A stretch of DNA of 62,932 nucleotides, the filler included, from Octopus bimaculoides (lineage: Eukaryota), in the NCBI RefSeq assembly GCF_001194135.2. It is 6 parts of 5 records of this genome, joined end to end, with 100 filler letters (N's around TTAATTAATTAA, not from the genome) between each part and the next. Parts side by side here need not be neighbours in the genome. Positions count along the whole stretch, not along the records: positions 20,064 to 38,423 come from NC_068989.1; positions 38,524 to 53,800 come from NC_068994.1; 4 more parts are not named here. One strand, written 5' to 3'. Shown here piece by piece: positions 25,570 through 38,765 of the stretch (position 1 is the stretch's first letter; each line of letters begins with the position of its first letter). The translations under genes and the position numbers were made by a program. The notes beneath the pieces are model-generated. The model searched no databases and had not been told where the DNA came from. It saw nothing but the letters and a program-made list of their open reading frames with translations.

Positions 25570-28006
25570 CATAACAATAGCATTTAAGCTTTCCAGATAT
25601 CAGAAAATAATAGATTAGCATAAACAGAACAGATTGTTTGAGACAGACCAGGGAATATTTTATTGACAAATAAATAGTGTAGAAGAAAATACGGAAGATG
25701 AGAAACCTGGTGCTGAAAAAGCTAGAATGTTTTGGAGTAATGTTTGGGATAAGCCAGTGAATGATAATGGAGTTGCAGCATGGTTAAAGAAAGGAAGAGA
25801 AGTAGTTAATGATAAGGAGTCAGATCTAAAATTAGCTAGAGCAAAGTGTTAAAAAGAATGCCGAATTGGAATGGCCCAGGTTCAGATCTATTTGAAGGGT
25901 ACTGGTTAAAGAAATTCAGGAGCTTACATGGGTAACAGCGGGAACAACTCCAGGATTGCATAAATAGAGGAGTGATACCTGATTGGATGTCTAGAGTGAG
26001 AAGAGTACTCCTTATGAAAGACAAAGCAAGCGCAGTATAGCTAGTAATTATAGACCAATCGCTTGCTTACAATTAAAGTGGAAGCTGTTAACAGGAATGC
26101 TTTCAGAGAGCATTTACGAGCACCTTGACAATCAGAATTTGCTGCCAGAAGAAAAGAAAGGTTACAGGAACGCATGGTTGTAGGAAAGTATGGTCTATTA
26201 TACGCATGAATAGATTATAAGAAAGCCTATAATATGATTCCACAGTCATTATTCCACAGTCAAGTGAATTGATTCCACAGTCAAGTCAGTATTGTAGACG
26301 ACATAAGAAAGTTAATTAGTTATATGTAGAAATAGAAAGTATATTGCTACTCAAATGTCACAGCTTTAGGGAAAATTAATATCAAGACAGGAATTTTCCA
26401 AGGAGACTCGTTATCCCCTTTAATATTTGTGTTATGCTTAATCTCCCCCAGTTTAGTATTAAGAAAGTTTAATCAGTTTAGAAATAGAAAAGGAATAATT
26501 AACTATTTGCAATACATGGCTGGTATGAAGCTTTTTAGTATGAATAAAAAACGAGATAAATTCCTTAGTACAAACAGTAAGATACTTCAGCAAAAATATA
26601 GGTAAGGAATTTGACGCCGATAAATGCGCAGTATTAGCCATAAAAATAAGTCAGGTAGGCAACAGTGAAAGCATCCAATTACCAGATGACTAGACATTAA
26701 AATGACTGAATGGAGTGAGTTATAAGTATCTAGGAGCATTAGAATCTGACAGAGTACTAAGTATAGAAATGAAAGAAAAAATTGAGAAAGAATACATCAG
26801 AAGGGCGAGGAAATTAATGAAATCAAAGCCAAATGGTCCGAATCTAGTGAAGGCTGTAAAGACTTGTGTAAATATCCTTACTTGGATATTCAGTAGCTTT
26901 TTTAGATTGGAAAAAAATCTAAATTAGCAAATCTCGACAGAAGAACTCCGGTGGAATTCAATATGAATGGAGGACTTCACCCAAGTGCGGGAGTAGCAAG
27001 ATTATACTTACCTAGAAAGGTAGGTTGTAAAGAGTTAATATCAGTAGCAGATTGCATGGAGTTAGATGGAGTAGATATAGCCTCCCATGTAGGTAATAGT
27101 GAAGAAAGTTTATTAAGAGTTGCTAGAGTAACAGTAGGACGTATAGAAACAAAAAAGCCAAATGAAGTCAAAATCTGACTGGTAAGAGAATGCTTTGCGT
27201 AGCAGATTCCCAAAGAGGGTTGCAGGAAATGGTAACAGAGACACACGGTAATGGTTGCAGAAAGGAAAGCTAAAAAAATATAACAAGTTTGTTAGTTGTA
27301 GAACAAAATCAATCATTGAAAAGTAATTGCATAAAGCTAAGATAGACAAAATCCCGGTAGCTTCCCATTGGAGGTTATGTAAATAAAAAAAAAGCAAAGT
27401 TTTTCTCATATAGTCAATGTAGCAAGCTGGCATAGAAAGAATACAAGAAAAGGCATGACAACCTAAGGAGAATAATCCACCGACAGTAATGTAGAAAGCT
27501 AGGATCTGACTCTACTGATAAATGGTATGAACACGAATCTAATAAAGTGCTAGAAATTAAGATATTTAGGATGTGGGTTTTTAACGTTCAGAGAAATAGA
27601 AGCTAGAAGCTAGAAGCTAGAAGCTAGAAGCTAGAAGCTAGAAGCTAGAAGCTAGAAGCTAGAAGCTAGAAGTAGAGGAAGAGAATGGAAAGTACCAGAT
27701 AATTGATTTTACCGTCCCAAATGATGAGAAAGTCAATATAATAGGTATGGAAAAAACAGCAAAGCTTGGGTTACGGAAGCTATAAAAACTTCGAGTAAAA
27801 CGTATCCCTTTAGTTATAGGTGTATTAGGAACTATCCCTAAAGATTTGAACTAATGGATAGAGGAAATAGGCATAAAACCTAGATTAGTGCAGCTCCAAA
27901 AAACAGTGTTATTAGGGACAGCTATGATACTTACGAAGTTTACTAGTTGTAGCCCGATGTTAGGAATTTCTCCTTTCCAACAGTTTAATCTCTTGTGCGT
28001 ATATGA

Positions 28007-28008
<2 letters not shown>
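25570..28008 (+). mobile_element. Second R4/Dong-clade LINE, heavily decayed, ending in (TAA)n
   Basis: PGAEKARMFWSNVWDKP, PNWNGPGSDLFEGYWLKK, NYRPIACL, GIFQGDSLSPLIF, YKYLGALE, LHPSAGVARLYLPRK, IPLVIGVLG, LQKTVLLGTAMIL. Confidence 0.9.
27601..27670 (+). repeat. (AGCTAGA)10 heptanucleotide tandem repeat inside the LINE endonuclease region
   Basis: Ten perfect units counted directly. Confidence 0.95.
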
Positions 28009-28095
<87 letters not shown>

Positions 28096-28105
28096 NNNNN
28101 NNNNN

Positions 28106-28600
28106 CAAAAATCATGCCTCCTCATTGATATGATTGTCCCAATCGATATAAACGCATCTGTCAAGACCTACCAAAAACTGAGCAAATATAAAGATCTTGA
28201 AATAGAAATTAGCAAAATGTGGAATCTGAAGACGAAAACAATACCTATTGTCATAGGTGCCCTGGGAATGACAGCGAAACGGGCTGATTACTACCTAGAT
28301 CAGATTCCAGGAAACCCCAAAATGGCTGAAGTTCAAAAGATAGTGCTCATGGGAACTGCCCATATCCTACGTAAAATACTGTCTATGTGATCTCAAATTT
28401 TAAAGCAAACACATAATTCTCTTATGGTTTCTTAAACATTCACTTGAACAAAACTGTACAAATCCAAATATATGGTACCCTAGGCATAACACCTACATGA
28501 ACTTCTAACACCTACATGAACCGTCTCTTGAGGTCTCTGGGTGAGACTTGGATCCAACTTGTACAAATGCAAAACAAAAGTCAAACATAAAATAATAATA
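28106..28600 (+). mobile_element. Third R4/Dong-clade LINE 3' fragment (well-preserved REL C-terminus and 3' UTR) with (AAT)n tail
   Basis: ORF 28130-28390: ...KLSKYKDLEIEISKMWNLKTKTIPIVIGALG...EVQKIVLMGTAHILRKILSM*; tail AAATAATAATAATAAT. Confidence 0.88.
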
Positions 28601-28621
28601 ATAATAACAATAATAATAATA

Positions 28622-29120
28622 ATCCTTTCTCCAATAGACACATGGCCTGACATTTTGGGGAGGTGGCTAGTAGGTTACATCGGCCCCGAAAAATAAAAGG
28701 CAAAGTCGACCTCGGATGAATTTGAACTCAAAATGTAAGGACGGACGAAATGCCGCTAAATATTTTGCCCGGCTTGCTAACGATTCTACCAGCTTGCCAC
28801 CTTAATAATCCTTCCTATTAAAGGTACGAGACGTAAATGTTTTGAGGGGAGGGACCAGTCAATTACATCGACCCTAGTGATTCTCTGGTACTCAATTTAT
28901 CGACCCCGAAAGGTTGCAAGACAAAGTCAACCTCGCTGGAATTTGAAATCAGAAATTTTTCCACAAGGGCAGCAACTTTGGGAGAGGGGATGAGTCGATT
29001 ACATCGACCCCATTGTTCAACTGGTACATATTTTATCGCCTCCGAAAGGATGAAAGGTAAAATCGACCTCACCGGAATTTGAACTCAGAAGATAATGACG
29101 GACAAAATGCCGCTAAGCTT
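28622..29120 (-). mobile_element. Three tandem copies of SINE family B
   Basis: Repeated ATTTATCGACCCCGAAAGG(A/T)TG..AGGCAAAGTCGACCTC...GAATTTGAACTCAGAA blocks. Confidence 0.75.
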
Positions 29121-29124
29121 AACA

Positions 29125-30658
29125 CCCGAAAATATATCAGTATTTGCAAAGGGAAATTACGGCCAAACTGAGAAGTATGCATTACCGCTTGTATTGCATT
29201 GAAGACCTTTTGCTGACCATAAACCCCTTGTATCTAGTTTTGGCTCGAAAGAGAGGGCATTCCAGTTTACAGACAGACCAAATCGTTTACAAAGATATTA
29301 CTGAGGTATAACTTTCAACTCAAATACAAGTCAACGAGTGAATTTGATAAAGCAGATGCATTATCGCATCTCCTGGTGAATCAAAAGTTAGACGACGAAG
29401 ATGCTGTTATCGCTTCCATCAGTGTGGAAAATCGTGTGCAAAATGTTTTATTTACCGCTTATAGATGCGATTCCCGTGTTGACAGATACGGTTCAAGGAA
29501 CAACAAGGAATGATCCTACCTTACAGTTAGTTTGTAGATATCGACGAATAGGTTGGCCAAGAAAACTCCATTCAAAAGATCTGAAAGAAATTTTCCAAAA
29601 GCGAGAGGTTTTATCATCAGTAAATAAATGCCTCATGTTTGGTGAGAGAGTTGTTATTTCTAAAAAAATTATAACATCTAGTTTTAAAACAATTATATAT
29701 GGGCCACCAAGATGTAAATCGTATGTACTGGCCTAACATTGAGATGCTTAAAAGGTCTCATTGGCAACTATAGTCAATACCAGGATAACCATAGTCCAGT
29801 GTTCGCATTGATTTTGCGAGCCCCTTTTTATTACTAGCTGATGCTTTTTCGAAGTGGCCCGAAATTGTCATGATGGATAATATTTCAACTTCATCCACAC
29901 TTCACACGCTAAAGCAGATATTCAGTCAATCTGATTCGCCAGAAATCCTAGTTTCAGATAATGGGCCTCGGTTTAAGTCGTCAACTTTTAATCAGTTTTG
30001 CAAAACCAACGCCATAGGACGTATTTTTGCACCTCCTTACCATCCTCAGTCTAGCGGACAGGCATAGAGATTTGTTGATACTTTTAAAAGAGCACTTTTT
30101 AAATCAAAAGTGGAGGAAACCACCACTGAAGCAGTAACAAAGTTGTTACGGTATTACCCAAAAGCTCCTAACCCAACTGCCCCTGGACAGAAATCCTCCG
30201 AGAATATTTTGCCACATATGTGTAGAAAAGACGTAAAACGAGATTTAAACGTTCAGTACAAAGGGTACATGAGACACCTGCGTCCTGAACAGCCAGTATG
30301 GGCACACCAATTTAAGAAAAACAGTCTGATGTAGTCGCCTGGTATAGTTAAAAAGCGACGTGGGAAGGGTGTTTATGAAATTCAAGTGGATAATCAAATC
30401 TGGACAACACACATTAATCAACTCATAAAAAGGGAAATAATTCCGAATAACAGAGATCGAAGAAGCGAGCTACTCCAGGACATTCTGCTGGACGAATTCA
30501 ATTTACCTTCATCACAAGAATATACTCGAAAGAATGATTTCCTGAATCAAAACTCAACGAAGTTCTACGGGAGTGCGCCAGTAGATGTACGGGATCATTT
30601 TAGATCTGTACAAAAAGTCCTATGATAGTAGAGTTCAATCTTTTGTTGAGAAGGAAGA
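29125..30658 (+). mobile_element. Ty3/Gypsy LTR retrotransposon pol fragment (RNase H end, integrase) ending in a polypurine tract
   Basis: DHKPLVS..., KADALSHL, DAFSKWPEIV, SPEILVSDNGPRFKSSTFNQFCK...APPYHPQSSGQA.RFVDTFKRAL. PPT GAGAAGGAAGA at 30648-30658 is directly followed by TG. Confidence 0.9.
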
Positions 30659-30962
30659 TGTTAGGGGTAAGATGACCAACAGTTTTTAGGACGTGAACGT
30701 GGGGTTTAATCTGTTGCGTCCCTGGATGTCAGACTCACTTTCATGTGTGCGTTTCCATTCGAGATTTTTTTTCCGACAAACAGTTTTATTTTTGTCGATT
30801 GTTATATCTCTTATCAAAGTAAGAGTTCTTTTTTCCTTTGCTGGAATCTAGTGGGCCCAATTTACAATAACAGTTACAGTTACAAAATTATTCTTATATG
30901 TATTATTTATATAGATATGTTTCACAATGTGTTTGAGTGCATTGGAGAAAGTCATAAATAAA
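30659..30962 (+). mobile_element. Probable 3' LTR of the Gypsy element (right boundary uncertain)
   Basis: Begins TGTTAG immediately after the PPT. No second LTR is present in the window to fix the end. Confidence 0.45.
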
Positions 30963-32114
30963 CATGGACGCAAAAAAATGCATACAACTGGTTTTTTTTG
31001 GGGGGTTTTTTAGAATCAGATGTTTCAAAAATGTAAAGCATGGCTAAGGTTAAGACGTTTATTGGTTTTGGATTCACTTCCACTGCACGGTGCCTTCAGC
31101 AATTGTCTTTTACAAAAGGCCAGAGCCGACCAGTAACTTGTTGGAAGACGGAAATTGTGGAACCCCATCATATATATGTGTATGTACGTTTATATATAAA
31201 TGTATGTGCGTAAATATGTGTATCTATATATGTGTGTGTGTTTGTGCTTGTTGACTCCAACCGCTTGACAACTGAAATTAGTTTACTCACATTTCCGTAA
31301 CATGGCAGAGACTGACAGCATAAGTACCAGGTTTTTAAAAAATTAATGAATATTGGGGCCATTGTAAGCGATACCCTAACTTGGGTGCAATCCAAGGACT
31401 GACACAAATGAAGCACAAAAAGAGAACTTGAGTTTGTATCTGCCATTTTGTTCAAAAGTTAACACATTTTTACTCCATTCTATATTTCTCACGGTAAATG
31501 ATGGCTTACTAAACATATTCCATGATTACAAGGCATCATTCCAATTATACACAGTTGTTGCTATATCTATTATGTGTTTTCCTTCTAAGCGCATTGTGAA
31601 ATCTCTTGTCGCTGTGAACCAAATTACATTGCAGCATATCTTAAATCACTAAAAGAATAATTCTTTCTTGAACATTTCAGTGTTCTTTGCTTTAGGCCGA
31701 TTTATTTTTCTTGTTTCTAATATGTTATATTGGCTTTTCATTTCATAACGATTGAATATAATAACTATCAAACATTCTACACGTTTTCACTTAACCATTT
31801 CGTCCTGTATTTTTTCTATTGAAAAATAGAAAGGGGCACTACAGATACTATTTAAGTTAGTTTACTGATAGGCTGAAGTAAAAATAAGTACTTAAACGCC
31901 CAATCCTAGTATTTACTATAGCTTCCATTTTATTAATTTAATAATCTGTAAGTTTCTGGCATGTATCTCATAATGATTCGATACGTGAGAAGGCAATGAA
32001 CGCAACCCCTTTCTCCAATAAATGCCCGAGTAAGTCCACCTATTACTTAGTAAGTCTGTGTAAATGTTCCGAAAGGCCATGAATATTTGAGTGGATCAAG
32101 TGATCAAGCGATGC

Positions 32115-32190
<76 letters not shown>

Positions 32191-32671
32191 TATATATATA
32201 GATACACACAAACATGAAGACGACACATATATTTGATGTGCTTTTATTGCATAACATATGCTGTTTCTAATCATGTTGAAATAATATCCGTTTTTCTAAA
32301 GGCATTACAGAATTTGTGTATATAACTAAATGTTACAATTCGAAATGGATTCTTGATAATTAAAGAAATCTAACAAAAGCTATATCAATAAAAAAAAATT
32401 ATTATTATGAATACTTGTTAATACATTAAAAATGTTGGTGCAAGAGAGAGAGGGAGGAAGAGAGAGAGAGGAAGAGAGAGAGAGAAGAAGAGAGAGAGAG
32501 AGAAGAAGAGAGAGAGAAGAAGAAAGAGAGAAGAAGAGAGAGAGAGAGAGAGAGAGGAAGAGAGAGAGAAGAAGAGAGAGAGAAGAGAGAGAGGGGGAGA
32601 GAGAGTGAATGAGTGAGTGAGAGTATAGCATATTATATTATTACACCAACTTAATGGCAGAACATATCATT

Positions 32672-32732
32672 ACGTCATCGAAAACATTATTACAACGTCA
32701 TCGAAAACATTATTATGACGTCATTGAAAACA
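32672..32732 (+). repeat. 23-bp tandem repeat (about 2.6 units, ACGTCATCGAAAACATTATTACA)
   Basis: Units start at 32672, 32695 and 32718. Confidence 0.85.
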
Positions 32733-33714
32733 AAGACTCGCAGTCAATCCACAATATTTTCTCACATATTGATCTTTCGCCAAACGACGACCAAAACTTC
32801 TCGGCATAAAAGATTTAATGATGTTTGTATTATTAATGAAGAAAAGAGCGATTCAGTAAATTCACTATGTGGGTTGAACTGATTGCCCTCCGCATCTTAC
32901 TAGTCGAGAAAATGATAAATAGTCACTCGGACAGCTACAAAGAAGAGGTAAGTCACTTCAAACCACATGTCTTTTAAAAAAAGAAAATGTATTCTTGGAA
33001 TTTTTCTGACTGTATAAATTCAGAGTAGTCATGGCTTTGGTCACAGGTGTACTTGATCAACGTTGTCATAAGGTAAAGAATAATAACGTCCACTACTTAT
33101 TTGACATAGCACGACCGAAAATAAAAATAGAAAGAAATAAAATATTCCAATACCCTTTAATATATCTTTCAACTCTCTTTATAAAACTCTGCTAAGGTTA
33201 TTTAAATGAAGTTCATTTAGGCTTTAAGCAAGAAGTTTAGTCACAATTCTCAGTTTACCCTCACATTATTTACTTAATCATAATACAAAAATAGAAACAT
33301 ACCCAGAGACAGAGACAGATAGACAGACAGACTGCCACAGTAACATTGGGTAAAAAATATTGCAATGTAACACACTTTTCATATCTCTCTGAAAAAATAG
33401 ATCCAGAAAGGAAGTTGATCCTATTTCTTGAGTCGTGTCGAAGATTAATAGGTCAGCATCTATGGTTTGAAATCTCCAGACATAAAAATTAAAGCAAAGC
33501 TTTAATGTGAATTTGATGAGGATGAGGAGCAGGACGACGACGAGGGCACATGTGAAGATTTGTATAAGAACTGATAGTAGACACTTGCCTTTAGTATTCA
33601 AGCGAATACAGGATCTGTGAACTCGTTGTTTAGCCCTACGTAGACTTGCTCCTTGCAGACGACTTACTATTTTCTCTTGTTTTTGTAGTTTTAACATATT
33701 TCTTATGCACTCAC

Positions 33715-33765
33715 CTTCTGTGCTATGCCCTGTCCTTTGTGTTCTCAGTCTTAGAATCCTTGAGG
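33715..33765 (-). CDS. Candidate 51-nt exon (phase 1-1): (A)SRILRLRTQRTGHSTE(G)
   Basis: TTTTCTTATTAG| acceptor and GAAG|GTGAGT consensus donor; one open frame. No homology recognised. Confidence 0.35.
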
Positions 33766-34496
33766 CTAATAAGAAAATTATTATTAATAATAAGTATAAA
33801 GTCTACATGCGCGTGCATTTCATATATTCCGATACATTGCTTTGTCAATCGTTTCGATCGGATATCACCGTAACGAATTGCAAACTTATTACTATCAGAG
33901 ATAAAATGGAGATACTTTTCACTTCGGTCAGGCTCACATAGACTTTTTCAAATTTCACTTGAAGACGATGTTGTAGCCCCTCCCCAGAAATCAGTTGATG
34001 AGAGTGGTGATCGGGGCCTACTGCAAGCATGCTCCTACAATCCAGAAAGTGACAGCTTACAGAAGACGATTTTTTAAAGTTGCCATGTTAGTAGAAACAC
34101 TGGTCTTAGTTTGCAGTTAATACTTTCTCATAACTAAGGGAGTGTTTAGACCCAGTATTTACTTATATACTTTTTGTCTTAATGCTACGGCTTTTGTGTG
34201 GAAAGCTAGGACTAAGGCCTCATACTTCAAAGTAACTTATATGACTAGGCATTATACCAAGTGACCTGATGCAAATTTGTACCTATGATGATATATGTGT
34301 GTATATGCGTGTCTGTGCACGCATACGTATGGATACACATGAAGTTATACAAATGGCAAATATTATTTTAAATTGCATATGCACACAGATATCTATACGA
34401 TTATACAGATATGTGTATGTGTGTTTGTGTATTTATACATACACGTACATCTGCATATACACAAATATACATAGATATGCATATATACATGTGTGT

Positions 34497-34540
<44 letters not shown>

Positions 34541-35199
34541 ACATACATATATATATATATATGTGCATATATCTTATCGAGGGTGAGAGAGAAACAGAGA
34601 TTTTGATGGGGTTTTTCGTCTCATCTTCACTGATTTCTAAAATGATGGATCATTCACGTAGTAAACTAGACAAGCAGAAAGAAATGCATGGTTGATTGTC
34701 GTATGTAAAAGACATTTAATAGAATAATTTACTAAGAAGTGAAGCACATACAACTGTCGTCTCCATTTTTATAGCAACTGTGAAATATTTTGTCAGTTAT
34801 CTTACAGCTTTATGAAAATATATAATCAAGTGAAAATAGTAATTGAAACGTTGATACATTGTCTCTTTAGTCGATATAATTTTATTTCCAGTCGAAATTG
34901 GGTCCTACTGATTATTCAATTTTTGTAATTGTGTATAATTTATTAGTTCTTTAGTTTTTTTTGGAAGTAGTCATGGTTAGAAGCATGTTGGTGATTCATT
35001 TGCATATAGTAGGAGTATATATAAAAATAACTCACGTTGCTATTTAGAACTATGCTAGCTCTGATCACTGAATTTCATGTATTTGTGATATATTTCAATG
35101 AGAATTGGCTGCTATTTTTAGCAGACTAACAACATACAGAAGCTTTCGTTTGTTCAGATAATTGTTTTCAAATCAGGAATGTTTCATGACATTTTCATA

Positions 35200-35560
35200 G
35201 GCGTTATGTGGCCGAATGATCAACGAATTCTCTTTGTAACCACGAGGTCCTAAGGTTCCATCCCCCTACGGGGCGCTTTGGACAAATGTCATTTTCTTTT
35301 GCCTCGTGTCGGCCCGGAACTTATGACTGAAATTGGATAGAAGGTGAGTGTATCGAAGTGCGCCGGATGGATTGTATTTGTAATTAAAAACATAATGACA
35401 GTGATTCAACCAGAAAATTACATTAAGAGTAAATAAATGTGTCTTTGAAATACTGAGCCATTTGCATGCTAATTCAATGAGCAGGTAATTCATCTGACGA
35501 ACAGCTGAATCCTCATCGTCCAATAACAGAGATTCACCACCGTAAACATTCAACAATGTC
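35200..35560 (+). mobile_element. SINE related to family A with a different tail
   Basis: tRNA-like head GGCGTTATGTGGCCGAATG...GGTTCCATCCCC, then TTTGGACAAATGTC; tail GAATCCTCATCGTC. Confidence 0.5.
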
Positions 35561-35663
35561 AACAGTTTTGAGGCCTCCCATTTTCTCCTGATTTCGCAGG
35601 TAAAAAAATAAATGAATAAAAAATAACGCCGCTTGAATTATTATTCTATAATATATAGGTGCA

Positions 35664-36083
35664 GGCGTGGCTATATAGTATGAAGCTTGCTTCCCAACCA
35701 CATACTTTTTGGTTCAATCCAACTGCGTTGCACAATGGACAAGTGTCTTCTACTATAGCCTCGGGCCCACTAAAGCCTTGTGAGTGGATTTGGTAGACGG
35801 AATCTGAAAGTCCGTCACATGTCTGTGCGGGGTGGGTGTATTTGTGTGTGTGTGTGTGTGTGCGTTTTACTTTGTGCCAGTGTTTGTCTACCACCAGGCT
35901 TAGCAAACGGTGTGGATGTGTTTACGTCCAGTGAATTAGTAGTTCGACAAAACAGACCCATAAAATAAGCACCAGGCTCGAAACAAAAAAAATAAGTACT
36001 GGGGTTGATTAATTCCACTAAAAATTCTTCAAGGAGGTGCCCCAGCACGGTCGTAGTCCAGTGACTCAAACAAGTAAAAGAAA
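35664..36083 (+). mobile_element. SINE family A, full length
   Basis: Head, internal TG tract and tail as at 6656-7056. Confidence 0.85.
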
Positions 36084-36382
36084 TATATATAAGATGTACG
36101 TCAATTATTTCTCAAATTATCTGAAACAACAGATTTGAAAAACTGGTATTATTGTTTGTGAAACGAAAAAGAAACAGTTGAGAAAACCTGAAAATAGTGT
36201 AAACCCAATGTGGATAAGATGTCTGATACGAATCACAACTAGAATGGTTGTCCTGTGACAGCCTTTTAACCTTACTTATAATGTATGTTTAATGTATGAT
36301 AAGTTCCAGGAAGCTGAAGATAATCGCCTTTCAGGGTATAACCTTTGCAAATGAAATTGTACTTTAGTGCAAAATGTGTGTG

Positions 36383-36502
<120 letters not shown>

Positions 36503-38342
36503 GATACGGTAAGTATATGCAAATATCTGTAATAGCTTGTATGTTTATACATTAGGTAAAATATGAATGACATCCATGTACAATATTTAAAAGATTATTT
36601 TCTTATTTATTATTTAAAGTTGAGAGATCCGAATATTCATTTCCACCTGGATATTATTTTGAAACGTATATATAAGGAGTTCCAATTTATTACGAAAATT
36701 AATTTACATTTATTTCTTCCTTACTTAATAAAATAAAGTAATAATCAAGTTCTGCCTCGATATGATTCACAATAAAATGTACATAGTTTTCGCCAACGTC
36801 AAAAATCAATACCTAAGTACGTGTCTGTTGTCTTAGTGACACACACACACACGTGTGTGATATCTTCCAACAGAAAAGTAAATTGATAGAACATTTACTG
36901 GAGATTAGTTTCACCAACAATCATGTAACAGTCTTATTCATCGACTTTATTTTGAAAGAGAACATCTGAACTTGTCGAAACTAATCTAATAAGATATTAG
37001 TGATAGACTCCGTGTGAAGAGACATTCGAATGTAGTCAGAGAGAAAAGTTATGCAAGTACAAAAAACTACCACAATCGTAAATGTTTTAAGTACATAAAC
37101 GTGATTTTAATGAAAATCCGATTCTTGCTAACAGATTTTTCTCTTAATTTCACTTTAATCACTAGTTCTGGAGGAAGCGGCATTGTTCGTAACCTTTGAA
37201 GACCCTCTGAGACGGGTTATACTGATAGGGGTAACGTTGCCGACAATGCAGAAAGGTCATGAGCCTGGTGGAGATTATAGATAGGAAAAGAACACGGTGT
37301 CCTTTGACTGAAGCCAGTTTGGTGTGTTGGTTGCTAGTGAGGAGTTTGTAGAAAAGCGAGCCGAGGGTGTCTGTGTAGAAGCAGAGCATGATACGAGACA
37401 GCACTGAAGAGAAAATATAGAGAAAGAACACCGCACACTGTGGAACAGAAATTGATGGGTGACCGTACTGGAATGTAAAGCAATCAGACAAATCGCATTT
37501 TTAGATGTGATCTTGGGTACATATGTAACAAGAAACGATCCATCTTTCCCTTTTGTACCCGACAAAGAAATCTAAATTTTACAAGTTAAACGACAGCTGA
37601 AAGTAAACATTTTTGGCAACAGTCACCATTAATAACGCCACCACTAACATTACCACCATTGAGATTAATCTTTCGAATGATGTTATTTTTGGTAAGGTCC
37701 TGTTCAACTTTGATTGAGCATGGCTACGATCAAAAGCATTTTACTTGTTTCAACCCAATTTTTTTCAGGCATACAATACCAAGGACCATAATTTCCACTG
37801 TAGTATTCGACTTTAAAATAGTACGATTATATTAGAAGGATATTTGGCTGCTATTTCCAGTAGGTAGAAAGATTTCGTTTAGACTCAAAAATTAATCAAG
37901 ACTTTTATAAATACCTAAAACAAATGAAACAGTTTCACATACTTCCAAATGTTCAGGGAGTACGAGAAAGTAATTTGCTTTTATAATTTACCACGAAGCA
38001 TTACACATACAAAGTAGATTTCGATTAGATAGAAAACGATTTTCCCAGGAACATTGAAGTTATTTACTATGCAGTCAGATGAAAAGGTAAAAATGTTCTT
38101 TTTTCTCAACTTCCATACGTAGGTTTCTATAATTTATTCTCGTTACTCGATCATAATAAACTTATTCGTTCTGGCTTCAATTTAATTCCATATTTACGAG
38201 AGAATTTATAGTGAAAAAACCTTTGAAAAAGAGAATCATTAGGGAAACAGCTTTTTCCGCAAACAATATAACTTGACTTCTTATGACAGACCTATAATTA
38301 CCTCAAAACTCTAACTGAAATATATACGTAATTTATGAGAAT

Positions 38343-38391
<49 letters not shown>

Positions 38392-38732
38392 GTATACACA
38401 CACACACACACACATACATATATNNNNNNNNNNNNNNNNNNNNNNNNNNNNNNNNNNNNNNNNNNNNTTAATTAATTAANNNNNNNNNNNNNNNNNNNNN
38501 NNNNNNNNNNNNNNNNNNNNNNNTTCTTTCTCAGACTGGAACGAACACGACACAATGAACTAGAGAAATTTGAAAAGACAACACGAAACCGGTTATTTCT
38601 CAAAATACAATGTTTATATACCAAAAAGATTTTATAACATTTTTCTAACATTTTTCTAACATTTTCCTGACACAATTTAAATATATACTTTAACCATGTA
38701 ACACAAGCCTTCTGTAGTTTTTTCACTCTTAT

Positions 38733-38765
<33 letters not shown>

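Noticed and set aside
27601-32732. Short regular repeats (heptamer array, 23-bp units, 30-bp direct repeat) considered as CRISPR-like arrays
   Set aside because: No unique spacers of constant length, no cas genes, and a eukaryotic context.
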